A DNA stretch of 64,000 nt from Candidatus Pollutiaquabacter sp. (lineage in GTDB: Bacteria; Bacteroidota; Bacteroidia; AKYH767-A; 2013-40CM-41-45), in assembly GCA_947465495.1 (NCBI GenBank), contig CANIAS010000003.1:20503-84502 (forward strand), in the 5' to 3' direction. The notes beneath the pieces are model-generated. The model had not been told where the DNA came from, did no database searches, and worked only from the letters and a program-made list of their open reading frames with translations. The stretch's first letter is position 1; every line of letters begins with the position of its first letter. Positions 18,435 to 30,565 of the stretch are shown here, piece after piece. The position numbers and the translations under genes are program-made.

Positions 18435-19721
18435 ATGTTTCATAATACCCTAGAATTTGCCCAATCCCTTGATCGTACTGACTCACTACGTGCTTTCCGC
18501 GATCGTTTTTATTTCCCTCAAATCGATGGTAAAGATGCCATCTATTTCACAGGCAACTCGTTAGGATTGCAGCCTAAATCGACTCAGCATTATGTTTTAA
18601 ACGAGTTGGAAGATTGGGCCTCCTATGGCGTGGAAGGACATTTCCACAGTCGCATGCCTTGGTTCAGGTATCAGGATTTTCTCACTGATCAAATTGCTGA
18701 TTTACTGGGAGCCAAACCGGTGGAAGTGGTTGCGATGAATTCATTGACAACCAATCTTCATCTGCTCTTGGTCTCATTTTACCGACCTACGAAGAGCCGT
18801 TACAAGATTATCTGTGAATACGATGCATTTCCATCTGATCTTTACGCGGTCCAGTCGCAAGCAGCCTTCCACGGTTTTGATCCCGAGGACGCGATTGTGT
18901 ATTTAAAACCTCGCGATGGTGAAGTCGCCTTGCGCGATGAAGATGTACTTTCTGCCATAGGTAAACACGCTGATACATTGTCAACAGTGATGCTGGGGGC
19001 GGTGAATTATTATACCGGACAGTTTTTTGATTTGGCTGCAATTTCAAGTGCCGCACATCAAGTCGGTGCTACCGTTGGATTTAATCTTGCTCATGCTGCC
19101 GGGAATGTATTGCTTCGATTACACGATTGGAACGTTGATTATGCCTGTTTCTGCAGTTATAAATATTTGAACGCTGGCCCTGGAGGAGTTTCTGGAATAT
19201 TTGTGCACGAGCGATTTGCTGACGATCACACCATTCCTAGATTGGCTGGCTGGTGGGGAAATGATCCGGAAACGCGCTTTAAAATGCCTCGCACTTTTGT
19301 GCCTGCGCAAGGTGCTCGCAGTTGGCAACAAAGCAATGCTCCCGTTCTTTCCATGTCAGCTCTCAAGGCTTCGCTGGACATTTTCTCCGACGCTGGAATG
19401 ATGCCATCCTTACGCGCTAAAAGTGAGCAACTCACTGGTTTTCTTGAATTCATTATTGCTCAAATCAACACGTCCCTGTCTGAGCCATTGATTGACATCA
19501 TCACCCCTTCTATGCCTTCCCGACGTGGTTGCCAGCTTTCTATGGTTTTTAGAAAAGATGGACGCGATATTTTCCGTCAACTTACCGAATCAGGAATAAT
19601 CGTCGATTGGCGGGAACCTGATGTTATCCGTGTGGCTCCCGTTCCTCTCTACAACTCTTACGAAGATGTCTTCCGCTTTGGTGAGTGTCTCAAGCAGATC
19701 CTAACCCATCGGCAACGTTGA
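18435..19721 (+). CDS. kynU: Kynureninase
   Basis: YFTGNSLGLQP, MNSLTTNLH, AFPSD, CSYKYLNAGPGG, GWWG, DWREPDVIRVAPVPLYN. Confidence 0.95.
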   Translation: MFHNTLEFAQSLDRTDSLRAFRDRFYFPQIDGKDAIYFTGNSLGLQPKSTQHYVLNELEDWASYGVEGHFHSRMPWFRYQDFLTDQIADLLGAKPVEVVAMNSLTTNLHLLLVSFYRPTKSRYKIICEYDAFPSDLYAVQSQAAFHGFDPEDAIVYLKPRDGEVALRDEDVLSAIGKHADTLSTVMLGAVNYYTGQFFDLAAISSAAHQVGATVGFNLAHAAGNVLLRLHDWNVDYACFCSYKYLNAGPGGVSGIFVHERFADDHTIPRLAGWWGNDPETRFKMPRTFVPAQGARSWQQSNAPVLSMSALKASLDIFSDAGMMPSLRAKSEQLTGFLEFIIAQINTSLSEPLIDIITPSMPSRRGCQLSMVFRKDGRDIFRQLTESGIIVDWREPDVIRVAPVPLYNSYEDVFRFGECLKQILTHRQR

Positions 19722-19764
19722 ATTCGTCTTTCGTAATTCGAATATTTAATAACCACGAGCAAGC

Positions 19765-21111
19765 ATGTCAGAAAAAAAGAATATAACCATCCTGGGCTCC
19801 GGATTAGTCGGTAGTCTGCTCTCCATTTATTTATCGAAACGCGGATATGAGGTCACGGTCTATGAACGCCGACCAGATATGCGCGAGCACAAAATGGCAG
19901 CTGGACGTTCGATCAATTTGGCATTGTCTGATCGTGGCTGGCGTGGATTGGAAGGTGTGGGTATTGCGGACGATATCCGACGGATTGGAATACCAATGTA
20001 CGGACGACAAATGCACAGTGTCAACGGTATGTTGACCAATCAGCAATATGGAGAAAGCAATCAAGCAATTTATGCTACCTCACGCGGCATATTGAATTGT
20101 GAATTGATGACCTTGGCCGAAAAGAGTGGTGTCAAAATCCATTTTAATCAACGTTGTCTTAACGTGAATCTCGAAGGGAAAGAAGCGTATTTCGAGCACG
20201 TGGAATCCAAAGAAAAATTAACCGTAAAAAGTGACCTTATAGTAGGTTCCGACGGCGCATTCTCCGCCGCTCGACTAGCCATGCAGCTGTCTACCGATCG
20301 CTTTCAGTATTCTCAAAGCTATATTGATCATGCGTATAAGGAGCTCTTAATTCCAGCCGGTCCCAACGGTGAATTCCTGTTGGATAAAAATATGTTACAC
20401 ATCTGGCCTCGCGGTGGCTACATGATGATTGCTTTACCAAATCTGGATGGCAGTTTTACCTGCACGTTGTTTTTTCCGAATGAAGGAAGACATTCGTTCG
20501 CTTCACTTACAAGTAAGTCATCGGTACTGGCTTTTTTTAAAGAAGTATTCCCAGATACGGTGCCTTTAATGCCGACGTTGCAAGATGATTTCTTTGACAA
20601 TCCAACCGGTTCTTTGGTAACTGTCCGATGCTTTCCGTGGGTGTACAAGGAGAATGTTTGTTTGATTGGCGATGCAGCTCACGCCATCGTTCCGTTCTAT
20701 GGTCAAGGCATGAATTGTGGTTTCGAAGATTGTTCAGTGCTCAACGAGTTGTTAGATACTCACAACGATGATTGGTCAAAGGTGCTGCCTGCTTTCGAGC
20801 GTTCTCGTAAACCGAATGCTGATGCAATTGCTGAACTGGCGCTGATGAATTTTATAGAGATGCGTGACAAAGTAGGTCAACCCGCTTTTCTATTGCAGAA
20901 AAAAATCGAAGCACGCATTCATGAAAAGTATCCGGCAAAGTGGTTGCCGCTCTATTCACAAGTTACTTTTTCGGACATTCCTTATGCGGTCGCACTTTCC
21001 AATGGACTGAGGCAGGAATCCATCATGCGGAAAGTGATGGCCCTTCCCGGAATCGAAGAGCGTTGGGATTCGCACGAAGTGGAAAAGATGATTCTGGAAA
21101 TGATCGGTTAA
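19765..21111 (+). CDS. kmo: Kynurenine 3-monooxygenase
   Basis: GSGLVG FAD motif, GRSINLALS.RG, LHIWPR, GDAAHAIVPFYGQGMNCGFED; adjacent to kynU. Confidence 0.93.
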   Translation: MSEKKNITILGSGLVGSLLSIYLSKRGYEVTVYERRPDMREHKMAAGRSINLALSDRGWRGLEGVGIADDIRRIGIPMYGRQMHSVNGMLTNQQYGESNQAIYATSRGILNCELMTLAEKSGVKIHFNQRCLNVNLEGKEAYFEHVESKEKLTVKSDLIVGSDGAFSAARLAMQLSTDRFQYSQSYIDHAYKELLIPAGPNGEFLLDKNMLHIWPRGGYMMIALPNLDGSFTCTLFFPNEGRHSFASLTSKSSVLAFFKEVFPDTVPLMPTLQDDFFDNPTGSLVTVRCFPWVYKENVCLIGDAAHAIVPFYGQGMNCGFEDCSVLNELLDTHNDDWSKVLPAFERSRKPNADAIAELALMNFIEMRDKVGQPAFLLQKKIEARIHEKYPAKWLPLYSQVTFSDIPYAVALSNGLRQESIMRKVMALPGIEERWDSHEVEKMILEMIG

Positions 21112-21117
21112 GGATTC

Positions 21118-21750
21118 TTACAGAAAAGGATTGCTGATTCGTTCATTTCCGATGGTAGTAACCGGTCCATGGCCCGAATATACTTTTACCGAATCATCCA
21201 ATATCATCATGCTGTGATGAATGGATTCCATCAGAATGTCCAAATCTCCTCCCGGAAGGTCGGTTCTACCAATGCTACCAGCGAACAAAACGTCACCGGA
21301 AAAAACAACTTGAGCTTCGGCTTGATAAAAGGCGACATGCCCCGGGCAATGACCGGGAACGAATCGTACAGATAATTTCGTTGTTCCAAATTGTACGGTG
21401 TCGCCATCGTTCAAGAATATTTCGGGGTCAGGCGATGCCTCAGGACGTATACCCCACAGTTCTCCGTAAAGAGGAGCGCTTCGTAATAGCTCCAGGTCAC
21501 TTGGATGCAGTTGCGGCGTAAGTCCCCAGCGACGATGAACGAAGGCGTTACCTAAGACATGATCAATGTGAGCATGCGTGTTCAGCAATAGGGTTGGTTG
21601 TAATTTCTGTGAAACAATGTATCCTTCCAGGGCCTGTTGTTCGGCTGCGGAATAACAACCCGGATCGATAATGGCACATGTGCCTGTTTCATCCGATAGA
21701 ACGTATGTGTTTTCGCTAAAGGGGTTGAAAACAAAGGATTTAATCTGCAT
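21118..21750 (-). CDS. MBL-fold metallo-hydrolase (glyoxalase II/YcbL-like)
   Basis: THAHIDH, PGHCPGH, GDVLFAGSIGRTDL, GHG; likely start MQIKSF at 21750. Confidence 0.9.
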   Translation of the reverse strand: MQIKSFVFNPFSENTYVLSDETGTCAIIDPGCYSAAEQQALEGYIVSQKLQPTLLLNTHAHIDHVLGNAFVHRRWGLTPQLHPSDLELLRSAPLYGELWGIRPEASPDPEIFLNDGDTVQFGTTKLSVRFVPGHCPGHVAFYQAEAQVVFSGDVLFAGSIGRTDLPGGDLDILMESIHHSMMILDDSVKVYSGHGPVTTIGNERISNPFL

Positions 21751-21839
21751 GTTGACAATGATTTCAGGCACTAAGGTAGAGCTTCCTGAGGCAAGTTTTA
21801 TCTTCCGATTTTAGTGGTTATTGAGTAACTTAGCCACTT

Positions 21840-24800
21840 GTGCTCCGAACCGTGCATCGAATGATTTTTCCTGTCTGGCTTCGTCGATTATTACTGACGG
21901 TGATTTCGCTTTTTCCGCTGATCGCCGGAGCTCAATTTTACAATGGCTATCAAATGGACTTTGGTAAAAATCGAGTCCAATACGATGATGAACGCTTCTG
22001 GATGTTCATGAAGTTTCCCCGCTATGATACCTATTACTATGTCGGTGGCATTGAACTTGCGTCTTTTGTTGGTAGGACCGCGGAAGAGGACTTGCAGAAG
22101 ATTGAAAAATTGTTGGATTATAAACTCGATGGTCGTTTACAGTTCATAATTTATAACAAGCTCAGTGAAGCAAAGCAAACAAACATCGGTTTAGAGACGG
22201 AAGAGAGTACTAATAACAATACGGGAGGCATGACCCGCATCGTTGGAAATAAAGTGTTTCTTTATTTTGACGGCAATCACGAACATTTGCGTAGGCAAGT
22301 TCGGGCTGGAATCGCTCGAGTATTGATTGATCAGATTATGTTTGGTGGCGATCTTAAAGATCGTATCCAGAATTCGGCTTTGCTCACCTTGCCTGATTGG
22401 TACCTCCAAGGATTGGTTTCCTATATCTCGCGTGATTGGGATGCAGAGATTGACAATCGTATCCGTGACGGAGTAGTTTCTGGGCGGTTTTTGAAATTCA
22501 ATCGCTTGACAGGAACCGACGCGCTCTATGCCGGACATGCCTTTTGGAAATACATTGTTGATACCTATACGGCCACCTCCATTTCAAATTTGCTGTACAT
22601 GACCCGGATTAACCGGAACGTCGAGAGTGGATTTAATTATGTGATCGGTTTAACTATCAAGCAGGTGGCGATTAACTTCAACGAAACGTTGCGCAACCGT
22701 TATGGGGCTACCGATTACCGCCGTGACTCTGTATTGTCAGGGATAATTTTGAAACGCCCCAAGCCGAACCGAGTCTATAATCAACTTCATGTTAGTCCTG
22801 ATGGACGTTATGCCACTTATGTCATCAATGACTTAGGTCGCTACAAAGTTTACCTGTATGACTTTGATAAAAAGCGCTCTCGCTGTATACTCCGCGGAGG
22901 CTTCCGATCCTATTCCCGTGAAACGGACGAGTCTTTTCCGGTACTGGCATGGCACCCAACAGGTCAGTTGTTAGGAGTAATACGCGAGCGTAAGGGATTT
23001 CTTTGGTTGGGAACTTACACGCTCGAGAATAAGGAATTCAGAGAAGGTAAAATATTTAACTTCGAGAAAGTACTTGATTTTTCGTACGCTGAAGACGGCC
23101 AGTCGATTGTTCTTTCAGGTGTTCAGAAAGGACAAAGCGATATATACGTTTACAACCTACGTACGCGTACCTATAATCAGATAACTAAGGATCCATTTGA
23201 CGACTTACAACCTCGATTTATTCGAAAATCAACGGCTATCGTATTCGCTTCCAACCGTACCAACGATACACTTGGACTGGATTTCAAGAAGGAGCTTCCT
23301 GCGGGCGATAACCTTGATATTTTTTATTACGATTACCTGGGTAAGGCCGGATTGTTAAAGCGAGTCACAAATACGCCAATTGCTCGCGAATATCAACCTA
23401 TGTCCTACGATTCATTACATATCGCCTATTTGTGCGATGAGAATGGAATCGTAAACCGTTATGTGGCCAGTGTAGACAGTGCATTAGCTTCTGTAGATAC
23501 GGTGGAGCATTATCGAATGATTATTCAGACGTATCCTCAGTCAGATCGTGCGCGTAGCATCCTGTGGCAGGATGTAAATGCAACGCAGAATTTTGTTGGA
23601 GAGATTGTGTTTGACCGTGGTCGAACGCGAATGACGGTCAACAGAAAGCTACCGGTTAGAAAGAGCCATGCATCGTTGCAGCCAGTGTTGTTCCGGTTGG
23701 AAATGGGTGTCGCACCTGCCATCACCCCTGCAGCTCCACTGTCAAGTCCTTTGCAACAGGAATCGGTTTCAACTATTCCTACAGCTATCATTGATTCAAA
23801 TGCTGTAAACATTGATGATTATGTATTTCAGGGCGATTTTCCCGAAGTGCCGAAAGCAACAGATCAAAAAGACACCCTCTCCACGGGCGCAGGTTTTGCA
23901 GTTACACCTGCGATGACTGCGGCAAACACAACCTCCGATACATCAGCTATTCAATTACCCAAGCAACGAAATTATGACATTGCTTTTTCTTCGAGTTACT
24001 TTGTGTCACAGCTGGATAATTCGTTGTTAAATCAAACGTATCAGTTGTTTACTGGCGGTGCAGTTTACTATAATCCAGGTTTAAATGGATTCTTTAAACT
24101 TGGTATTCGCGATGTGATGGAAGACTACCGGATTTCGGGTGGCTTCCGGCTTTCAGGCGACCTTAACAGCAATGAGTATTTTTTAAATTATGAAAACTTG
24201 AAGAAACGACTGGATAAACAAGTCACGTTCTATCGTCAAGCGGTGATTTATAATATTGATCCGTTCTATGGTTCAAAGCTGCATTCACACGAGGTTCGCG
24301 GGTACCTCAAATGGCCGTTTAGCGATGTGTCTAGTCTACGAGGGTCGCTGGCTTATCGCAACGATCGGTTTGTGTTACTCTCTACAGACTACCCTTCGCT
24401 TCGATACCCGAATGAATATTTACACTGGGGAAGTACGCGTATCGAATATGTATTCGATAACACAGTACCGCTCGGGCCCAATCTTTACAATGGAACTAGA
24501 TTGAAAGTATTTGGTGAGTACTACCGCCAAATCGACGCGAAGGTCAGTGGAATGACTGCATTGGGAACGGATATTCGTTATTACAAAAAAATCCATCGTG
24601 AAATAGTCTGGGCTAACAGGTTTGCCGCAGGGACATCAATAGGACAGGAGAAAATCATTTATTACCTCGGTTCCACAGACAATTGGATCAGTCCGAATTT
24701 TAACTACAAGACAGCGATAGATTATTCGCAGAATTATTATTTCCAGACGTTGGCAACGAATCTTCGTGGGTTTGATCAAAACATTCGTAATGGTAATTCA

Positions 24801-25154
24801 TTCGCGGTTATTAATTCTGAAATCAGGATACCGGTGTTTCGTTATCTGTTGAACCGTCCGCTTAAATCGGATTTCATCCGCAATTTCCAGGTAATTGGAT
24901 TTGGCGATCTTGGTACCGCGTGGACGGGTTGGTCGCCGTATGCTTCGGATAGTCCATTGAACAATGAGACGATTGTCAGTCAACCTTTCGTCATTACCTT
25001 GACAAAACAAAAAGATCCTATCGTTGGTGGTTATGGCTTTGGATTACGCAGTCGACTGCTTGGGTACTTTCTGCGTGCAGATTGGGCTTGGGGTGTAGAA
25101 GATCGTGTCATCAAAGGAAGAAAATTCTATTTCTCACTCGGATTGGATTTCTGA
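21840..25154 (+). CDS. PD40/WD40-repeat Omp85-family outer membrane protein
   Basis: Signal peptide, FGKNRVQY, degenerate peptidase-MA-like region, TolB-like repeats (VSPDG, WHPTG, FASNR), C-terminal barrel with NLRGF motif ending FSLGLDF. Start may be the ATG at 21861. Confidence 0.75.
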   Translation: MLRTVHRMIFPVWLRRLLLTVISLFPLIAGAQFYNGYQMDFGKNRVQYDDERFWMFMKFPRYDTYYYVGGIELASFVGRTAEEDLQKIEKLLDYKLDGRLQFIIYNKLSEAKQTNIGLETEESTNNNTGGMTRIVGNKVFLYFDGNHEHLRRQVRAGIARVLIDQIMFGGDLKDRIQNSALLTLPDWYLQGLVSYISRDWDAEIDNRIRDGVVSGRFLKFNRLTGTDALYAGHAFWKYIVDTYTATSISNLLYMTRINRNVESGFNYVIGLTIKQVAINFNETLRNRYGATDYRRDSVLSGIILKRPKPNRVYNQLHVSPDGRYATYVINDLGRYKVYLYDFDKKRSRCILRGGFRSYSRETDESFPVLAWHPTGQLLGVIRERKGFLWLGTYTLENKEFREGKIFNFEKVLDFSYAEDGQSIVLSGVQKGQSDIYVYNLRTRTYNQITKDPFDDLQPRFIRKSTAIVFASNRTNDTLGLDFKKELPAGDNLDIFYYDYLGKAGLLKRVTNTPIAREYQPMSYDSLHIAYLCDENGIVNRYVASVDSALASVDTVEHYRMIIQTYPQSDRARSILWQDVNATQNFVGEIVFDRGRTRMTVNRKLPVRKSHASLQPVLFRLEMGVAPAITPAAPLSSPLQQESVSTIPTAIIDSNAVNIDDYVFQGDFPEVPKATDQKDTLSTGAGFAVTPAMTAANTTSDTSAIQLPKQRNYDIAFSSSYFVSQLDNSLLNQTYQLFTGGAVYYNPGLNGFFKLGIRDVMEDYRISGGFRLSGDLNSNEYFLNYENLKKRLDKQVTFYRQAVIYNIDPFYGSKLHSHEVRGYLKWPFSDVSSLRGSLAYRNDRFVLLSTDYPSLRYPNEYLHWGSTRIEYVFDNTVPLGPNLYNGTRLKVFGEYYRQIDAKVSGMTALGTDIRYYKKIHREIVWANRFAAGTSIGQEKIIYYLGSTDNWISPNFNYKTAIDYSQNYYFQTLATNLRGFDQNIRNGNSFAVINSEIRIPVFRYLLNRPLKSDFIRNFQVIGFGDLGTAWTGWSPYASDSPLNNETIVSQPFVITLTKQKDPIVGGYGFGLRSRLLGYFLRADWAWGVEDRVIKGRKFYFSLGLDF

Positions 25155-25183
25155 TACTTACATAAACTCGATTCGTCGTTCGT

Positions 25184-26368
25184 ATGATTGAAAAAATAAA
25201 ATTGCTTTCCGCCACTTCCTTGAAGGAAACCACTTCATGGCGTCGTCATTTGCACGCACATCCTGAACTTTCTTTTCAGGAATTCAAGACGCAAGAATTC
25301 GTAGAGGCTCAACTTGATGCCATGGGTGTTACAGAGATACAACGAATGGCTGGAACCGGTGTAGTTGCGATGATCCGTGGTCGAAATCCGGATCGAAAGA
25401 CCGTGGCACTCCGCGCTGATATGGATGCTTTGCCTATTCTTGAAGCTAATCAGGTGGAATATTGCTCTACTGTGCATGGAGTTATGCATGCATGCGGACA
25501 CGACGTGCATACATCTTCGTTGTTAGGAGCAGCCAACATACTGCATCAACTACGCGATCAATTTGAAGGTTCGATCAAGTTGATATTTCAGCCTGGCGAG
25601 GAAAAGATTCCTGGTGGCGCATCAATCATGATCAAGGAGGGTGTATTGAATAATCCCGCTCCACAATCAGTGTTAGGACAGCATGTCATGCCGCAGATCA
25701 AAGCAGGTAATGTGGGCTTTCGTCGAGGCTTGTACATGGCAAGTGCTGACGAAATTTACATGACCGTTCGCGGAAAAGGTGGTCATGCAGCTATGCCGCA
25801 CACATTCATTGATCCTGTGATGATGGCGGCGCAAATACTGGTGACTTTGCAACAAGTAGTCAGTCGGTTCGCCAAACCAGCCATTCCAAGTGTGCTTTCG
25901 TTTGGCAAAGTGATTGCCAACGGTGCTACGAATGTGATTCCTGATAGTGTCTATTTGGAGGGCACGTTTAGAACAATGGACGAGACCTGGCGGGAGGAAG
26001 CGCATCGGCACATCGAACGGATAGCAAAAGAAGTAGCTGCAACACTGGGTGGTTCGTGTGATGTTGAAATTAGGAAGGGATATCCATTTCTCATCAACGA
26101 CGAAGCCTTAACCGATCGTACCAGACAATGGGCGGAGGAGTATCTCGGTGCCGAACACGTCGAAGACTTGGATATCTGGATGGCTGCAGAAGACTTCGCA
26201 TATTATTCGCAAATTGCGCCCGCCTGTTTTTACCGGCTCGGCGTTCGTAATGAGTCACGGGGCATCACATCATCAGTGCATACAGCAACCTTTGATGTGG
26301 ATGAATCGGCGTTGGAAACAGGCATGGGATTGATGGCCTGGTTAGCGATTCAGGAGTTGAACAACTGA
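25184..26368 (+). CDS. M20 family amidohydrolase
   Basis: RRHLHAHPELSFQE, LRADMDALP, MHACGHD, FQPGEE, AEDF. Confidence 0.92.
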   Translation: MIEKIKLLSATSLKETTSWRRHLHAHPELSFQEFKTQEFVEAQLDAMGVTEIQRMAGTGVVAMIRGRNPDRKTVALRADMDALPILEANQVEYCSTVHGVMHACGHDVHTSSLLGAANILHQLRDQFEGSIKLIFQPGEEKIPGGASIMIKEGVLNNPAPQSVLGQHVMPQIKAGNVGFRRGLYMASADEIYMTVRGKGGHAAMPHTFIDPVMMAAQILVTLQQVVSRFAKPAIPSVLSFGKVIANGATNVIPDSVYLEGTFRTMDETWREEAHRHIERIAKEVAATLGGSCDVEIRKGYPFLINDEALTDRTRQWAEEYLGAEHVEDLDIWMAAEDFAYYSQIAPACFYRLGVRNESRGITSSVHTATFDVDESALETGMGLMAWLAIQELNN

Positions 26369-26386
26369 CGGTTATAGTTCGAGTAT

Positions 26387-26421
26387 AAAAAAAGCGCCTA
26401 GGTAAGGCGCTTTTGTTTTTT
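26387..26421. terminator. Bidirectional intrinsic terminator
   Basis: A7-GCGCCT-AGGTA-AGGCGC-TTTTGTTTTTT between convergent genes. Confidence 0.85.
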
Positions 26422-26431
26422 GTAGTATCGG

Positions 26432-28438
<2,007 letters not shown>

Positions 28439-28716
28439 TCAAATGTTCATGGGTCGCTCCAAAGCGCTTGATTGCGCGACCTTTCAGTATGTTCTCGAAG
28501 ATACGAAAACGACCTCGTTGTAGCAATTTTCCAGTGCGATTTTAAGGCCTTTTTTTACCTGCTTTATTAACGTTTTAAAATACTGTAATTCAAATAAATA
28601 AAACGAAATTTAAAACGCTGATATAGCCCTAGTTTTTGGGCTTAAAAGTGGGGTGATAAATGGTCGAAAAAAACCGCCTTAACATGTCCGTTCATCGAAG
28701 GTCGATCAGGCCTAAA

Positions 28717-30474
28717 TCAATACTCCAATTCTAGGTCAAGTCGTTTCTTTAGTTCATTCAACAATGGATGACGTTCTGCCAATTTGTTGAATTTTTCAGT
28801 AGGCGTATAAGGCACTTGAATATCATGACCACCAATCTCAACCACTAATTCTAGTTGAAGGTAAAAATTGGAAAGGTCTATTCGGATTTGCTCCAAAAGG
28901 TCTGCTTTAATTTCCTGAATGTCTTTTTCAATGGCGTGACTATCTACGATAAAACTCATTGACTCTGTAGCGGTGAGCTCAGGCATGCGCTTCAATAAAG
29001 CGGTTGATAATGCATACCTACCTTGCTCATTCAGCTTTTGACCGAAGGCGGTCCATGACTTCTTCAACTGTACCGGCGATATCGCGTTGCGAGGAAGATC
29101 TTTTACTGCGGAAGCCTGGGGTCCGTCATTTTTTTTTTCAGGCTCCTGCGGAGGACTCGTCGAAATTGAAATGGATGTTCTTCCTGCTGGCGGCTTGGAA
29201 GCTAGTGGCTTTGGTGCCGGGCTAGCGGTAGGTACTGCTGCAGGTGCCGCTGCTGCTAGTGAAGTAGTGGCTGGTGAAGTAGCCGCTGGAGGTGTAACAG
29301 TTGAGTTAGGCGTAGGTACAGGAGAAGCTGCTGGCTTTGTTACTGGCGCAGCCAATGGTGCAGCAGCTGGTGTGCTAGCCTGTTTGCCGTGCGTGCACAA
29401 TTGCAACAGGGTAAATTCTACGTGAAGGCGTTGGTTTCTTGCAGATTTGAAATTCAGGTCGGCACGATGCGACAATTCCAATAATTCAAGCAACCAGTTG
29501 GATGTACAATTTCGGGATTGAACTCGAAAGCGTTCGCGCACGGATGGACTTACCTCGAGCAACGTGAGCGTCGCTTCGTCTTTGCAAACTAATAGGTCGC
29601 GTATGTGCGAAGCCATTCCAGAAAGGAAGTGATGTGCATCAAATCCATTGGAGAGAATTTCGTCGAAGGCGAGTAAAACAGAAGCTGTATTTCCTGCTAC
29701 TACATCGTCCATGATTCTGAAGTAATAATCATAATCGAGAATGTTTAAATTCTCGATAGCGGCTTTGTAGGTAACGTGACTTCCTGCATAACTGACCAAT
29801 TGATCAAACATCGACAAGGCATCCCGCAATGCGCCGTCAGATTTTCGGGCAATAACGTGCAATGCTTCTTCTTCCGCATTCACATTTTCCTTAACAGCGA
29901 TCTGTTGTAAATGTCCAGCAATGTCATCAACAGAAATTCGATTGAAGTCGAAAATCTGACAACGCGATAAAATAGTAGGGATAATCTTGTGCTTCTCGGT
30001 TGTGGCCAGAATAAAGACAGCGTAGGATGGAGGTTCTTCCAAGGTCTTCAAAAAAGCATTGAAGGCACTTGTGCTGAGCATGTGAACCTCGTCGATGATG
30101 TACACTTTGTAACGCCCCATCTGAGGGGCATAGCGCACCTGCTCCACCAGTCCGCGGATATCATCCACAGAATTATTAGAAGCAGCATCCAGTTCATAAA
30201 TATTTAGGGAATGCCCCGCATTGAATGACGTACAAGATTCGCATTGGTCACAAGCTTCGATGTCCTTCGAGAGATTTGTGCAGTTAATGGTCTTAGCCAG
30301 AATTCGTGCCGTGGTTGTCTTACCTACTCCGCGTGGACCGGTGAAAAGGAATGCCTGCGCAAGGTGGTTGTTGCGAATGGCATTCTTGAGGGTCTGCGTG
30401 ATGTGTGGCTGCCCTACCACCGTGTCAAAGGTGATTGGCCGGTATTTTCGGGCTGATACGATAAACCGTTCCAT
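28717..30474 (-). CDS. dnaX: DNA polymerase III subunit gamma/tau
   Basis: ARKYRP, GPRGVGKTT, Zn-binding cysteines, DAASN, IDEVHML, SRC; Pro/Ala-rich linker followed by the C-terminal domain. Confidence 0.96.
   Translation of the reverse strand: MERFIVSARKYRPITFDTVVGQPHITQTLKNAIRNNHLAQAFLFTGPRGVGKTTTARILAKTINCTNLSKDIEACDQCESCTSFNAGHSLNIYELDAASNNSVDDIRGLVEQVRYAPQMGRYKVYIIDEVHMLSTSAFNAFLKTLEEPPSYAVFILATTEKHKIIPTILSRCQIFDFNRISVDDIAGHLQQIAVKENVNAEEEALHVIARKSDGALRDALSMFDQLVSYAGSHVTYKAAIENLNILDYDYYFRIMDDVVAGNTASVLLAFDEILSNGFDAHHFLSGMASHIRDLLVCKDEATLTLLEVSPSVRERFRVQSRNCTSNWLLELLELSHRADLNFKSARNQRLHVEFTLLQLCTHGKQASTPAAAPLAAPVTKPAASPVPTPNSTVTPPAATSPATTSLAAAAPAAVPTASPAPKPLASKPPAGRTSISISTSPPQEPEKKNDGPQASAVKDLPRNAISPVQLKKSWTAFGQKLNEQGRYALSTALLKRMPELTATESMSFIVDSHAIEKDIQEIKADLLEQIRIDLSNFYLQLELVVEIGGHDIQVPYTPTEKFNKLAERHPLLNELKKRLDLELEY
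29126..29138 (-). other. Putative programmed frameshift / transcriptional slippage site in dnaX (A10-TGA)
   Basis: Minus strand reads CAGGAGCCTG-AAAAAAAAAA-TGA; the TGA is in the -1 frame immediately after the run. Confidence 0.6.
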
Positions 30475-30565
30475 ATAGCTTCAAAGATACGATTAGTTCG
30501 TGGTTTTTGACATGTTCATGGCGTTCATAAATGTGTATTTTGGAAGAAGTTTAAAAATATAACAT

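Noticed and set aside
29087-29425. Ala/Gly-rich 112-aa plus-strand ORF
   Set aside because: Antisense mirror of the low-complexity dnaX linker.
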